Positions 16,523 to 27,473 are shown, counted from the stretch's first letter. The stretch: 34,779 bases of DNA from Minisyncoccia bacterium (GCA_038323465.1 JBBQGX010000003.1:1-34779), one strand, 5' to 3'. Notes: generated from the sequence alone by a model not told the origin. A program made the numbers and translations.

Positions 16523-17836
16523 TTATTTTTCTTGAGATTTTATAATTTTATCAAACTCTACTTCAGTAAGATCACCATTTCTAATAGTTATTTCTCTAAG
16601 GGTACTATTTGACAAAACAGCTTTTTCTACTATATTTGAGACTACATCATAACCTAAATATGGAACGAGAAGCGTCGCATAGGCCGTCGAATTTTCGAGA
16701 TGATATTTGCACATCTCTCTATTAGCTTCTATTTTAGAAACACACAATTTATCAAATACTCCAATAACTTCCGTCGTAACTTTTATCGATTCAATTAATT
16801 TATCAACAATAACTGGCAACATAACTCCGAGCTCCATTTGAGCATTTTCTACGGCCTTTTCAATAGTTAAATTATTACCCGAGACTAAATAATACAACTG
16901 ATTAACCGTCTCAGGTATTACTGGATTTACTTTACCTGGCATTATAGAAGAACCCTTTTGTAATTTAAGAAGGATTATTTCACCAATTCCACCACGAGGA
17001 CCAGAAGACATAAATCTGAAATCATTGGCAATTTTTGATAGCTCTACACACAAGGATGTTATAGTCTGCGATATTATTAAAAAATCAATTTGACTGCTAG
17101 TTTTGGACATTAAATTATTGGCTTTGTGAAAATTACCACCTGTAATTTTATTCAACTCTATATAAACATTTTTAATATATAAAGGACTCGCATTCATAGA
17201 ATTACCAATAGCTGTACCTCCTAAATTCAAAACCCTAGAAAGATCTTCTATTCTTTTTATCTCATTTCTATATCTTATCAAATTTTCATAATAAGCTTTA
17301 AATTCCTCACCGAGAGTGGTTGGAATAGCATCCTGTAAATGAGTACGAGCGAGTTTTGAAATATTTTTAAAACTTTTAGCTTTTATCTCAAAAGATTTTA
17401 CCAGAGATGATAATTTCAAATCTAAATCTTTTAATAAATAAAATGTAACAATTCGAAGAGCTGAGGGATTCACATCATTCGTTGATTGACTATTATTTAC
17501 ATGATCATTTGGGTGAACTATAATTTTACCTTTCAATATTTCGGTTGCACGATTTGCAATAACCTCATTTACATTCATATGATTTGCAGTCCCCGCTCCA
17601 CCCTGAAGTGAAGGCAACTGAAATTGCTCTTTGTGTTCACCACCAATAATTTCATCACAAGTTTTCTCGATAGCATTCTTTTTATCTTTACTTATATTAC
17701 CAGCGATAAAATTTGCTCTAGCAGCAGCTTTTTTAATCTTGATGATAGCCAAAATAAATTCAAAATGTGTCTTGTGAGTAGAAAAAGGGAAATTATTTAA
17801 TGCTTTCTTGGTTTCCTTACCATAATATATTTTCAT
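16523..17836 (-). CDS. aspA: Aspartate ammonia-lyase (fumarase/aspartase superfamily)
   Basis: 437 aa; QGGAGT..HMNVNEV, HPNDHVN.SQSTND, RTHLQDA, LGGTAIGN, GSSIMPGKVNPVIPE (AspA-type ending). Confidence 0.9.
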   Translation of the reverse strand: MKIYYGKETKKALNNFPFSTHKTHFEFILAIIKIKKAAARANFIAGNISKDKKNAIEKTCDEIIGGEHKEQFQLPSLQGGAGTANHMNVNEVIANRATEILKGKIIVHPNDHVNNSQSTNDVNPSALRIVTFYLLKDLDLKLSSLVKSFEIKAKSFKNISKLARTHLQDAIPTTLGEEFKAYYENLIRYRNEIKRIEDLSRVLNLGGTAIGNSMNASPLYIKNVYIELNKITGGNFHKANNLMSKTSSQIDFLIISQTITSLCVELSKIANDFRFMSSGPRGGIGEIILLKLQKGSSIMPGKVNPVIPETVNQLYYLVSGNNLTIEKAVENAQMELGVMLPVIVDKLIESIKVTTEVIGVFDKLCVSKIEANREMCKYHLENSTAYATLLVPYLGYDVVSNIVEKAVLSNSTLREITIRNGDLTEVEFDKIIKSQEK

Positions 17837-17962
17837 AAAAAATAATGAGATATAAGCTATTTATATAACTTAATAGTAGCATAAAATTGAATACTTGTGT
17901 AAATCAACATTTTGGGATAATATTTCAGGGAAAGTTTTAGTATAAATCTCAATTTAATAATT

Positions 17963-18490
17963 ATGAAGAAAGTGTGGTTATTAATCAGCACCTTTTTTAT
18001 AATATTAAAAAAGGTGTATCTATGGGCGGATTCGTTCATAATCCTTATGGGAATAGATGCCATCATTAAATTAGTTGAGTATAACTTAATTTATACAAAA
18101 TTAGTATTCCCATTTAATTTCATTCTCATGTTTATTTATAGCTTAATTCTTCGTCGTATATTAATATTAATATACGACATAAGGAGGAAGGATGATTTTA
18201 CATTTGAAAAAATTAAAGAAAAAAATAATGAGATTAAAAATAAAATGACAGAAAAAATTAAAAAATATAAATCATTTGGTAATTTTGCCTTATTTATATT
18301 TTTCAATTTCTACCAACCAATCTTTGTTATTATTTATTATAGAGAAGGAACAAATAAATGGAATGGTATTCCTAATCTTAGGATTCTATTATATTTTATA
18401 ATCAGTATTTTTTCTTGTAATTTAATTTTATTTGTATCTTTTACAGGTATAAATAAAGTTATTGAATTAATTATTAAAAACATATTTTAA
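17963..18490 (+). CDS. Hypothetical membrane protein, extremely AT-rich
   Basis: 175 stop-free codons in very low-GC DNA; several hydrophobic segments; weak hairpin 18489-18524 downstream. Confidence 0.5.
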   Translation: MKKVWLLISTFFIILKKVYLWADSFIILMGIDAIIKLVEYNLIYTKLVFPFNFILMFIYSLILRRILILIYDIRRKDDFTFEKIKEKNNEIKNKMTEKIKKYKSFGNFALFIFFNFYQPIFVIIYYREGTNKWNGIPNLRILLYFIISIFSCNLILFVSFTGINKVIELIIKNIF

Positions 18491-18593
18491 AGATCCTTAT
18501 ATTCTAAAAAATATTTGGATCTTTTTTAATTACCAAAAGTCATAAAATTTGAACTCTCATATTTACGGATAGAGTTATTAAATATTTTAATTG

Positions 18594-18633
18594 AAATAAA
18601 AAAACCTTATCAATGAATAAGGTTTTTTTATTT
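18594..18633 (-). terminator. Intrinsic terminator
   Basis: Perfect 17-bp inverted repeat aaataaaaaaaccttat/ataaggtttttttattt right after the 18635 stop. Confidence 0.8.
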
Positions 18634-18634
18634 T

Positions 18635-18913
18635 TTATTGAATTATCTTAGGTGTCTCAATCTTTGTAGTTTTTAATGAATTTTTATCTGTTTTTTTATT
18701 TTTTGAATACTTTTTTGTAGAGGCAACTTTGATCCCTTCTTTCAGTTCTAACACTGAATCTCTCTGCATCTTTGGAACTACTTGTTTAAATCCTATATCA
18801 TTTGGAGCAACAGAAGGCAGAGTAGAAGCATAACTAATATTTGTTATTCCGGTCATACCCATCGTTGCGATTAAAGCAAACATTGCGATTTTTTGTCTTT
18901 TATAAGCTTTCAT
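18635..18913 (-). CDS. Small secreted Lys-rich protein
   Basis: 92 aa; signal-peptide-like N-terminus ending SYA; own terminator. Confidence 0.7.
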   Translation of the reverse strand: MKAYKRQKIAMFALIATMGMTGITNISYASTLPSVAPNDIGFKQVVPKMQRDSVLELKEGIKVASTKKYSKNKKTDKNSLKTTKIETPKIIQ

Positions 18914-19009
18914 AATTTTAATTCGTTTAATTTTTAATTATAATTCCAATTAATTTTTAAATGATACTTCATGTGACTAGGATGAAGTAGTTTAATTATA
19001 AATAATCAA

Positions 19010-19030
19010 CATGAAGAAATTGTGAAGTTA
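19010..19030 (-). promoter_or_regulatory. Candidate OmpR-family binding box (TGAAG direct repeat, 11-bp period)
   Basis: catgaagaaattgtgaagtta; 16/21 identical to 20701-20721. Confidence 0.5.
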
Positions 19031-20056
19031 CTATGCTTTAGGAATTCTAACAGAGACGCTTGTTCCTTGACCTATCTTACTCTCAATTGTGATATTTCCA
19101 CCATGTTGTTCTATTATTTGCTTGGCGATTGGTAACCCTAACCCTGAACCAGAACCATCATTTCTCGAATGTGATGCTTTGTAGAATCTATCAAAAACAT
19201 AAGGTAAGTCTTCATCTGATATTCCTACCCCTGTATCAATTATTTTTATTGTAAAAGAAGATCTTTGACCTAAAATATTTATTGTAATATTCCCATTTTT
19301 TGGTGTGTAGTTTATTGCATTCTGTAAAATATTTTGTATTGCCCTTTCAAAGTTATGTGCGTGGACCTTTATATCTCCACTAATATTTGTATTTACCTTT
19401 ATATTAATATTCTTTTTTTCAGATTGAGATTTCATCCTATCTAATATTTTATATATAGGATCCTCAATAAAAACTTTTATTAAATTTTCTTTACTAACTT
19501 CATTTTCAGTTCTCGCAATCATTAACAAATCGGAAATAAGTAACGACATTCGATTCGTCTCTTCCAGATTACTTTCAAAAACTTTTCTGCATTCTCCTGC
19601 GGAAATATTTTTATCACTTAGTGCTATTTCTGTTTCGGTTGTGATTATCGCAAGTGGAGTACGAAGATCGTGAGAAGCATCAGCAGAAAAACGCTTCTGC
19701 GAATCCATAGCTTTTCTTATAGGTTTCAATGTTTCACCTGCAAGAAAATAACTTGCAGCACCTATCAACAATAGCAATAATCCATCAAGTGAAAAGACCA
19801 ATGTCTCTATACCTTTATTTGTTTCAGTAATAGCTTTAGTAAAAACTTCGCCTTGTTCAATTCTTACAGAAAAAGACTCTTCAATATTCTTTTCGAGAGC
19901 AACAATAAGCACAGAACTAAATATAAAAAGAACAACAACCATGATAGCTATATAGAAAATAGTTAAACGAATACGAGCCTTTTCAAAAATATTATTTTTT
20001 ATTTTACGACTTAAATCGATAACCGACTCCATGAATTGTTTCAAATAATTTTTCAT
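19031..20056 (-). CDS. Sensor histidine kinase (HisKA + HATPase_c)
   Basis: Two TM helices; H-box DASHDLRTPL, N-box QNILQNAINYT, DTGVGI, FDRFYK, GSGLGLPIAK; true start may be 20032. Confidence 0.95.
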   Translation of the reverse strand: MKNYLKQFMESVIDLSRKIKNNIFEKARIRLTIFYIAIMVVVLFIFSSVLIVALEKNIEESFSVRIEQGEVFTKAITETNKGIETLVFSLDGLLLLLIGAASYFLAGETLKPIRKAMDSQKRFSADASHDLRTPLAIITTETEIALSDKNISAGECRKVFESNLEETNRMSLLISDLLMIARTENEVSKENLIKVFIEDPIYKILDRMKSQSEKKNINIKVNTNISGDIKVHAHNFERAIQNILQNAINYTPKNGNITINILGQRSSFTIKIIDTGVGISDEDLPYVFDRFYKASHSRNDGSGSGLGLPIAKQIIEQHGGNITIESKIGQGTSVSVRIPKA

Positions 20057-20678
20057 TTTTATTTTGTAATTTACGACGTAAATTCTTTATGTGTACATCG
20101 ACCACATTACTAACTCCACCAAATGCAAAATCCCAAACATGATTCATTATCTTTTCACGAGATAATACTTCATTGGGGTGTCTCATAAACTGTTCAAGAA
20201 TTGCAAATTCTTTGGTTGTTAGAGTTATTGCTTTTTTACTTTTAAAGACTTCTCTTGTGGCTGTATTTAATGATATATTTGCTACTACTATAAGTGGGGA
20301 TATATTTGTCTCGACTGGTCTACGTGTCAACGCTCCTATTCTAGCCAGCAACTCAGCAAAAGCAAAAGGCTTTGTGAGATAGTCATCTGCTCCAATATTT
20401 AAACCTGTGACTTTATCTTCTAGGGTATCTTTTGCTGTTAGCATTAATATTGGAATTTTAATGCTTTGATTCCTTAAATTTTTACAAATAGTTATTCCAT
20501 CAATCGTTGGAAGCATTAGGTCTAAAACAACTAAATCATAATCCATATGATTACCTTCAAGCCTTCTTAATCCCTGTTCTCCATCAAAAAGTGTATCGAC
20601 AGCATAGCCATTAAATTCTAATCCTTTTTTGATAGATAGAGCTAATTTTTCTTGATCTTCAATAATTAATATTCTCAT
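20004..20678 (-). CDS. OmpR-family response regulator
   Basis: 224 aa; MRILIIED, DLVVLDLMLP, MLTAKD, GADDYLTKPF, winged helix VDVHIKNLRRKL, TIHGVGY. Confidence 0.97.
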   Translation of the reverse strand: MRILIIEDQEKLALSIKKGLEFNGYAVDTLFDGEQGLRRLEGNHMDYDLVVLDLMLPTIDGITICKNLRNQSIKIPILMLTAKDTLEDKVTGLNIGADDYLTKPFAFAELLARIGALTRRPVETNISPLIVVANISLNTATREVFKSKKAITLTTKEFAILEQFMRHPNEVLSREKIMNHVWDFAFGGVSNVVDVHIKNLRRKLQNKNEKLFETIHGVGYRFKS

Positions 20679-20700
20679 ACATTATATAATGATATCAGAT

Positions 20701-20721
20701 TGTGAAGAATTCATGAAGTTA
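20701..20721 (-). promoter_or_regulatory. Candidate autoregulatory OmpR-family box upstream of the response regulator
   Basis: tgtgaagaattcatgaagtta, TGAAG at 20703 and 20714, 22 bp upstream of the ATG. Confidence 0.5.
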
Positions 20722-20753
20722 ACTACTATCCATGTCGGACATGGATAGTAGTT
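20721..20753. terminator. 16-bp perfect inverted repeat after the copper operon (terminator-like)
   Basis: aactactatccatgtc-g-gacatggatagtagtt; T-tract only on the + side. Confidence 0.55.
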
Positions 20754-20757
20754 TTTA

Positions 20758-21168
20758 TTACTGAAATTGAATTTCAAATGGGTACATCCCCATACCACAA
20801 ACACCTTGAAGTGTGCCTGCTTTTTGAACACCTAAATCAATATCTGTTATGCCGGAATTTGGTAATATTTTCCCTATATTCATACTTGGGATACGAACAG
20901 AGGAAGAACAATCAAAAGTACCCTTGGTATTGAAACGCAAAATAGTAGGGATCCCCGATGCTGCAATACTCACACGTGGAGTATATCCACCCTTGGCGCT
21001 TATTTCAATAATTTGTTTACCGTCAACAACTGCCACATTTTTAATATTTTGTTTTTGTTCATTTTGAGAAAGATTTTGATCTTGCGGTTGATTTCTATTA
21101 CTTGTAAAGTAAATAGCTCCTCCTACAAGAATTATAACTACAACGATTGAAATAATTGTTGATTTCAT
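20758..21168 (-). CDS. Cupredoxin domain-containing membrane-anchored protein
   Basis: 136 aa; N-terminal TM; GGYTPR, FDCSSS, GVCGMGMY. Confidence 0.88.
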   Translation of the reverse strand: MKSTIISIVVVIILVGGAIYFTSNRNQPQDQNLSQNEQKQNIKNVAVVDGKQIIEISAKGGYTPRVSIAASGIPTILRFNTKGTFDCSSSVRIPSMNIGKILPNSGITDIDLGVQKAGTLQGVCGMGMYPFEIQFQ

Positions 21169-21173
21169 GTTAT

Positions 21174-22232
21174 TTAAAAGTTAAATATTGGTGGTATGAC
21201 CCCGATGACCACTAGGCTATTAATGAGATTAAATAGGGCAAACATTATAACAATTAATCCAGCAGATTTAAAGAAGATACCGGAGTTTTTGTTGTTTTGA
21301 ATACTAAAAGAAGAAAAACTAATAAGAGCAAGAACTGGTAGAGTTCCTAATGCAAATGATAGCATAGAAAGACCGCCTTTTAGAAAGCTTCCGGTTCCGA
21401 GTGTGTATATCTGCATAGACTGAGTAAAACCACAAGGTAGAAAAAATGTAGCAACTCCAACAAGAAGTGGTGTGAGGGTGTGGTTGAATTTACTAACACT
21501 AAGTGCATTTTTCCCTAGAAACTTTGGCATAGATAGCTGTAATTTTTTAGCCCAAGGGAAGACATCTAATAGATTAATTCCTAAAATAAACATAACAATA
21601 GCAATAATTACTCCAAGAATAAATGTCGCTATTGTACTGAGAGTGAAAGCAGAACCCACAGCTCCGATCACACCACCGAGAATAAAGAAGGAAACTATTC
21701 TACCTACATGAAACATCATTTGAGGAGATACTATCCAGCTTCTTCGGCTAGTCTCCGAAGAGGTGACTTTATCAAAAGTGGCTGACATGGATAATATAAG
21801 TCCTCCAACAACAGCCATACAAGTAGAAAGCGAAGCAATAATTCCGATAACAAATGCTGTACCATAAGTAACCTTACCCGAACCAATAATATTTATCAAT
21901 CCAACCTTTTGTAAAACAAAAAATAAAATTGTAAAAACAATTGCAACAGGAACAGCTATTTTAAAATCTCCCAAATTTTTAGTTTTTATTTGTTTTTCTA
22001 CAGAAAGTGTATATCCATGCTTTTTTAAAACTTCATTTAATTCGCTTGCAATTTGCTCTTGGCTCTTATCTCCAAAATCTCCAGTAACTTCTACAGAATT
22101 ACTTTGTAAACTTGTTTTTACTTTTTTTATTTCAGGCTGTTTACCTAGTTCACTCTCTGTCATTAAGACACAGGAGTTGCAGTGCATACCAGAAATATGA
22201 AAACTGTATGTTTGTTTATTATTCATAATCAT
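21174..22232 (-). CDS. HMA domain + TauE/SafE (DsbD_2-like) membrane protein of copper operons
   Basis: GMHCNSC at N-terminus; [35 protein letters not shown]. Confidence 0.9.
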   Translation of the reverse strand: MIMNNKQTYSFHISGMHCNSCVLMTESELGKQPEIKKVKTSLQSNSVEVTGDFGDKSQEQIASELNEVLKKHGYTLSVEKQIKTKNLGDFKIAVPVAIVFTILFFVLQKVGLINIIGSGKVTYGTAFVIGIIASLSTCMAVVGGLILSMSATFDKVTSSETSRRSWIVSPQMMFHVGRIVSFFILGGVIGAVGSAFTLSTIATFILGVIIAIVMFILGINLLDVFPWAKKLQLSMPKFLGKNALSVSKFNHTLTPLLVGVATFFLPCGFTQSMQIYTLGTGSFLKGGLSMLSFALGTLPVLALISFSSFSIQNNKNSGIFFKSAGLIVIMFALFNLINSLVVIGVIPPIFNF

Positions 22233-24523
22233 AATTTTTTAGTTTTAATTCGTAATGAGTTTCCGACGACTGAAACACTTGAAAATGCCATAGCAAGTCC
22301 TGCAAATACAGGATTAAGTAACCATCCAAAAATAGGATAGAAAACTCCAGCAGCAAGAGGTATTCCTATTATGTTATATATAAATGCCCAAAAAAGATTT
22401 TGTTTAATACCTCGCATTGTCATTTTTGATAATTTGATAGCTTTAACAAGTTTTGAAATATCTCCATTAAGAAGTGTGATTCCAGCACTTTCTATCGCGA
22501 CATCTGTCCCAGTGCCCATAGCTATACCTACATCAGCCTGCGCGAGTGCTGGGGCATCATTTACCCCATCTCCTGCCATTGCTACTACCTTACCATCTAT
22601 TTGTAATTCTTTTATCTTGGCAAGCTTATCAGCAGGCATAACATGAGCTACAACTTCATCTATGCCAACGAGTGAAGCCATATATTTAGCGGCTTTTTCG
22701 TCATCTCCAGTAAGCATAACAACTTGAATTCCGAGTGCATGGAGATCTTTTACTGCTTGTATTGCATCTTTTTTAATCTCATCGGAAACCATAACAAATC
22801 CAAGAACTTTTTCTTTTGTAGCCAATATTACTGGGGTTTTTCCTTGAGATGTATATTTACTGAGTAATTCTTCATCAAAAGAAATTCTTAAATCATTTAT
22901 AAGTTTTGCATTTCCGACAAAATATTCAGTACCGTTAATCACCCCCCTTAATCCTCTACCTTGTATGCCCTCAAAATTTGAAATTTCTAATGTGGAAATA
23001 TTTTTTTCTTTGGCATAATTTATAATAGCGGAAGCTATAGGATGTTCTGATTTATTTTCAAGAGAAGCAATTATGGAAATAAATTCTTGTTCACTCATGT
23101 CTCCATAATTTTCAATATCAACTAGTGTTGGGCGACCAATGGTTATAGTACCAGTCTTGTCTACAACCACCGTATTTACTTTATGAAGTTTCTCGAGTGT
23201 TGCAGCATCTTTAATTAATATTCCTTCTCTCGCTCCTTTACCTACTCCAACAATAATTGCAGTCGGAGTAGCAAGCCCGAGAGCACAAGGACAAGCAATA
23301 ACAAGAATTCCAACAAATGAAACCAAACCATAAGATAGAGCTTGTGAAAATCCCAAATAATTACTTCCTACTATAAGCCAAACTCCTAAAGTTAAAAATG
23401 TAATAATCAAAACAATAGGAACAAAAATTCCTGATATTTTATCGGCCAATGCTTGTATTGGGGCCTTACTTCCTTGCGCTTCTTCTACCATTTTTATTAT
23501 CTGAGCAAGTAGTGTTTCCGAACCAACTTTTGTCGCCGAGAATGTAAATGACCCACTTGTATTAAGTGTTCCAGATACAACACTATCTCCAACTTTTTTC
23601 TGCACTGGCATAGGTTCTCCTGTTACCATTGATTCATCAATAAATGAAACTCCTTCTGTTATTACACCATCAACTGGAATTCTTGTTCCTGGTTTTACAA
23701 TAATTAAATCCGCGTGGATAACTTCACTAATAGGAATTTCTATTTCTTTTCCACCACGAATAACCAGAGCAGTTTTAGCTTGAAGATTTAAAAGTTTCTC
23801 AATAGCATCTCCTGTTTTTATTTTTGAACGAGCTTCTAAATATTTTCCTAATGCAATAAATGTAATAACAACAATCACCACATCAAAATAAGTATTTTCA
23901 ACATTAATAAAGACTTTCAATACATCTTCAAATGCACCAACAATAAAACTATATAAAAAAGCAGAAACTGTACCAATACCAATTAGTGTATCCATATTAG
24001 CTTTACCATATCGAAGAAATCTATATAAACCAAGAAGATAAGGCTTTCCTACAACGAAAAGTGTATAAGTTGCCATTACTGGAAGTAAATGATGAAAAAA
24101 TTCCTTTATGGTATAACTCATAGGAGCTATTACACTATACTGAGATAAAATATCCCAAGCCATAATAAAGATACTAATTAAAGCCAGAGGGAAAGCTCTG
24201 ATTAACAATAATTTCTGACTTGATAATTCTACTAGTTTTTCTTTTTTTGATTGATCTAAACCCAAATGTTCCGCATGTTCATTTGGAGACATTCCCATTC
24301 CCTCGGTCGTTGGCAATACAATAGAATACCCAAGTGATTCTATCTTTTTTGAAAGATTTTCTAAATTGTTCTTTGTGTTATCGTAAGAAAGTTTAACAGC
24401 TTCAGTTCCATAATTAACAGAAACATTAGAGACCCCATCTTCCTTCTTTAGTATTTTTTCTATAATAACAGCACATGAAGCACAGTGCATTCCTTTTAGT
24501 TTATATATTTTAGTATTATTCAT
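22229..24523 (-). CDS. copA: Copper-translocating P1B-type ATPase
   Basis: 764 aa; [39 protein letters not shown]...IP, MAFSS. Confidence 0.96.
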   Translation of the reverse strand: MNNTKIYKLKGMHCASCAVIIEKILKKEDGVSNVSVNYGTEAVKLSYDNTKNNLENLSKKIESLGYSIVLPTTEGMGMSPNEHAEHLGLDQSKKEKLVELSSQKLLLIRAFPLALISIFIMAWDILSQYSVIAPMSYTIKEFFHHLLPVMATYTLFVVGKPYLLGLYRFLRYGKANMDTLIGIGTVSAFLYSFIVGAFEDVLKVFINVENTYFDVVIVVITFIALGKYLEARSKIKTGDAIEKLLNLQAKTALVIRGGKEIEIPISEVIHADLIIVKPGTRIPVDGVITEGVSFIDESMVTGEPMPVQKKVGDSVVSGTLNTSGSFTFSATKVGSETLLAQIIKMVEEAQGSKAPIQALADKISGIFVPIVLIITFLTLGVWLIVGSNYLGFSQALSYGLVSFVGILVIACPCALGLATPTAIIVGVGKGAREGILIKDAATLEKLHKVNTVVVDKTGTITIGRPTLVDIENYGDMSEQEFISIIASLENKSEHPIASAIINYAKEKNISTLEISNFEGIQGRGLRGVINGTEYFVGNAKLINDLRISFDEELLSKYTSQGKTPVILATKEKVLGFVMVSDEIKKDAIQAVKDLHALGIQVVMLTGDDEKAAKYMASLVGIDEVVAHVMPADKLAKIKELQIDGKVVAMAGDGVNDAPALAQADVGIAMGTGTDVAIESAGITLLNGDISKLVKAIKLSKMTMRGIKQNLFWAFIYNIIGIPLAAGVFYPIFGWLLNPVFAGLAMAFSSVSVVGNSLRIKTKKL

Positions 24524-24528
24524 CTAAA

Positions 24529-24789
24529 TTACTTACGCTTTAAACGATAAACTTTAATAATCTCCTCGGTAGCTTTCTTTGTTTTACCTGCTTTGATTTG
24601 ATTAACCAAACAATGCCCCAAATGTTGTTCGAGAAGTATATCTTCTACGTTTGATATACCTTGCTTTACAGCACTGGCTTGAGTAATGATATCTATACAA
24701 TACACACCACTATCGAGCATCTCTTGTAAACCACGAATCTGCCCCTCAATAATTTTTAAACGTTTTATAAGTTTTTGTTTATCATACAT
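24529..24789 (-). CDS. csoR: CsoR/RcnR family metal-sensing repressor
   Basis: 86 aa; RLKIIEGQIRGL, YCIDIITQ, EQHLGHC (C-H-C copper ligands). Confidence 0.93.
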   Translation of the reverse strand: MYDKQKLIKRLKIIEGQIRGLQEMLDSGVYCIDIITQASAVKQGISNVEDILLEQHLGHCLVNQIKAGKTKKATEEIIKVYRLKRK

Positions 24790-24796
24790 ACAAATA

Positions 24797-24826
24797 AGTA
24801 TATACCCCCTAGGGGGTATATGTCAA
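24797..24826 (-). promoter_or_regulatory. CsoR operator within a sigma70 promoter
   Basis: Perfect 22-bp palindrome atataccccctagggggtatat (24800-24821) between TTGACA (24826-24821) and TATACT (24802-24797); ATG 7 nt downstream. C-tract/G-tract palindrome is the known CsoR operator type. Confidence 0.9.
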
Positions 24827-24842
24827 GGAGTTACTAATTATT

Positions 24843-27473
24843 TTATATCCACCCGTATTTTTTAATAAACCATTTTTTTAGAAGTTGAGTAATTATAAAG
24901 TATAATATTAATCCAATAAATAATAACCCAAAGTAAAGAGGTGGAAGTGGAACAAAATGTAAAGCAGAAGCAAGTGGTGAAAATGGTAGATAAATTCCAA
25001 TTGAAATTATAACTGCAGTGGATACAATAAGAGACCAACTTGCACGACTTTGTATAAATGGAATCTTACTCGTCCTTATAATATGCACAATTAAAGTTTG
25101 AGTTAAAAGTGACTCTACAAACCAACCTGTTTGAAATAATGTAGGATTCCCAAATGTATGAAAAACATAAAGCATCACAAAGAAGGTGGCATAATCAAAA
25201 AGAGAACTTATGGGACCAAAAAAAAGAATGAATTTCTTTATTTTATTAAAATCCCATTTTTTTGGTCTTATTAATTGATCTTCATCTACGTTATCAGTAG
25301 GTATTGTCATTTGAGAAAAATCATAAAGCATATTGTTTGCTAAAATTTGAATTGGAAGCATTGGTAAAAATGGTAAAAATATACTTCCACCAACGACTGA
25401 AAACATATTCCCAAAATTTGAACTAGCTGCCATTTTTATATATTTAAGTATATTATCAAAAATCCTCCTCCCCTCTTTGACTCCTTCTTTAAGTACGAGT
25501 AAACTCTTTTCAAGTAATATCAAATCAGAGGATTCTTTTGCAATGTCAGCAGCGGTATCTACAGATATTCCTACATCAGCAGCGATAAGAGAAAGAGAAT
25601 CATTAATCCCATCTCCTAGAAACCCCACTATGTGACCATTGGTTCTTAAAATTTTTATTATTCTTTGTTTATCATAAGGGGAGAGCCTAGCAAAAACTGA
25701 AACATTTTCTATCTCTTTTGATAACTCATCATCATTAAATTTTTCAATATCTTTTCCAGTTAAAATTTTATCGACTTCAATACCAACATCTTTGCATATC
25801 TTTTCTGTCACAATTTCATTATCTCCAGTGAGAATCTTGATATTAACACCTAGTATTTTTAAGTCTCTTATTGTTTCTAAGGCACTAACTTTAGGAGGAT
25901 CAAAGAAAGCCAAAAACCCCACTAAAATAAGATTACTCTCATCTGTATTATTAAAAACTTTCTTATCTTTATCTACTTCTTTATAAGCTACAGCGATAAC
26001 CCTGAATCCTTCTCTATTTAAACCTTCTTTTATAGAAAACTTTTCACTCTCAGAAAAATTAGAAATAGGAATAACTTCATTATTAACTAAAACTCTCGTG
26101 CAATTATCCAATATTTCTTCAACTGCACCTTTACATATAAATAAGTGTTTGTTTTTATTATCAGAAACAACAACAGACATCATCCTGCGACTAAAATCAA
26201 AGGGGAGTTCGTCTATTTTTGTAAAATCCTTTATTGTAAATCTTTCATTTACTTCTTCATGTTTTAAAATAGCATTATCTATAATATCATTCATACCTGT
26301 TTGAAAATAACTATTGAGATAAGCAAAATGGAGAGATTCATTATTTTCTTTTCCATTAATATCTAAATATTTTTCTAATACTATTTTACCTTCTGTTAAT
26401 GTTCCTGTTTTATCAGTGCATAAAATATCCATAACTCCCAGATTCTCAATCGAGTCCAAATGTTTTACAATAATTTTATTTTTAGACAAAGCAAGTGCCC
26501 CTTTTGAAAGATTTACTGCTACAATAGTAGGAATCATCTCTGGGGCTACTCCTACAGCCACAGCCAGAGCAAAGATAAATGCTTCAAACCAATTACCCTT
26601 AAATATTCCATTTAAAAGAAAGACAGCAGGAACCATAAATAACATAAACTTAATAATTAGCAGTACAAATAATTTCAATTCTTTATTGAAATCAGAAATA
26701 TGTTCAGTTGTATCCATATCAAAAGCGATACTACCTAGATATGTGTTTTTACCAGTACTTACCACGATAGCTTCCGCCATACCACTCTCAACACTAGTTC
26801 CAAAGAAGCATAAATTACAAAATTCTATTACATTTTTATCAACCAAATTATTATCCACAACATGTTTTTCTACAGGTAATGATTCACCAGTTAACATAGC
26901 TTGATTTATAAATAGATCTTTTGAAGAGACTAGTCTTATATCACCAGGAATAACTGTACCTGAGTATAATTCTACAATATCACCAGGAACAACTTCCCTC
27001 GATGGAATTTCTATTTTTTGACCGTTGCGTAACACTGTCGTTTTTGTGTGGATAATAGCTTTTAGCTTATCAGCCGCGATAGAAGCTTTTGTCTCTTGAT
27101 AAAAATTCAATACAATACTAAGAATAACCATCATTATAATAATGGCAAAAGCTTTCATGTCTCCAACGAAAAATGAAATGGTAGCAAGTATAAACAAGAG
27201 AATCTTGAGTGGGTCTTTCACAATATTAAAAAGTTTACGAAAATGATTCGTTTTTTTATCTTCAGCAATATTATTATAACCAAAAATTTTTATTCTTCTT
27301 TTTACTTCATTACTATTTAACCCATCAATATCTGTATTCAATTCTTTCAAGGCAAAACTTGGATCATTTTGTGCATATTTTAAAAGCTTATCAAAAAGCT
27401 CTTTCTTTATGGATTCCAACTCTTCAGTTCCATCTTTTCTTTTCGCCTTAAAAATATGTTTAAATAAATTCAT
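24843..27473 (-). CDS. mgtA: Magnesium-translocating P-type ATPase
   Basis: 876 aa; LTGESLPVEK, AVGVAPEM, DKTGTLT, GDGINDS, SSNFGNMFSV, QTGWFVESL. Confidence 0.95.
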   Translation of the reverse strand: MNLFKHIFKAKRKDGTEELESIKKELFDKLLKYAQNDPSFALKELNTDIDGLNSNEVKRRIKIFGYNNIAEDKKTNHFRKLFNIVKDPLKILLFILATISFFVGDMKAFAIIIMMVILSIVLNFYQETKASIAADKLKAIIHTKTTVLRNGQKIEIPSREVVPGDIVELYSGTVIPGDIRLVSSKDLFINQAMLTGESLPVEKHVVDNNLVDKNVIEFCNLCFFGTSVESGMAEAIVVSTGKNTYLGSIAFDMDTTEHISDFNKELKLFVLLIIKFMLFMVPAVFLLNGIFKGNWFEAFIFALAVAVGVAPEMIPTIVAVNLSKGALALSKNKIIVKHLDSIENLGVMDILCTDKTGTLTEGKIVLEKYLDINGKENNESLHFAYLNSYFQTGMNDIIDNAILKHEEVNERFTIKDFTKIDELPFDFSRRMMSVVVSDNKNKHLFICKGAVEEILDNCTRVLVNNEVIPISNFSESEKFSIKEGLNREGFRVIAVAYKEVDKDKKVFNNTDESNLILVGFLAFFDPPKVSALETIRDLKILGVNIKILTGDNEIVTEKICKDVGIEVDKILTGKDIEKFNDDELSKEIENVSVFARLSPYDKQRIIKILRTNGHIVGFLGDGINDSLSLIAADVGISVDTAADIAKESSDLILLEKSLLVLKEGVKEGRRIFDNILKYIKMAASSNFGNMFSVVGGSIFLPFLPMLPIQILANNMLYDFSQMTIPTDNVDEDQLIRPKKWDFNKIKKFILFFGPISSLFDYATFFVMLYVFHTFGNPTLFQTGWFVESLLTQTLIVHIIRTSKIPFIQSRASWSLIVSTAVIISIGIYLPFSPLASALHFVPLPPLYFGLLFIGLILYFIITQLLKKWFIKKYGWI

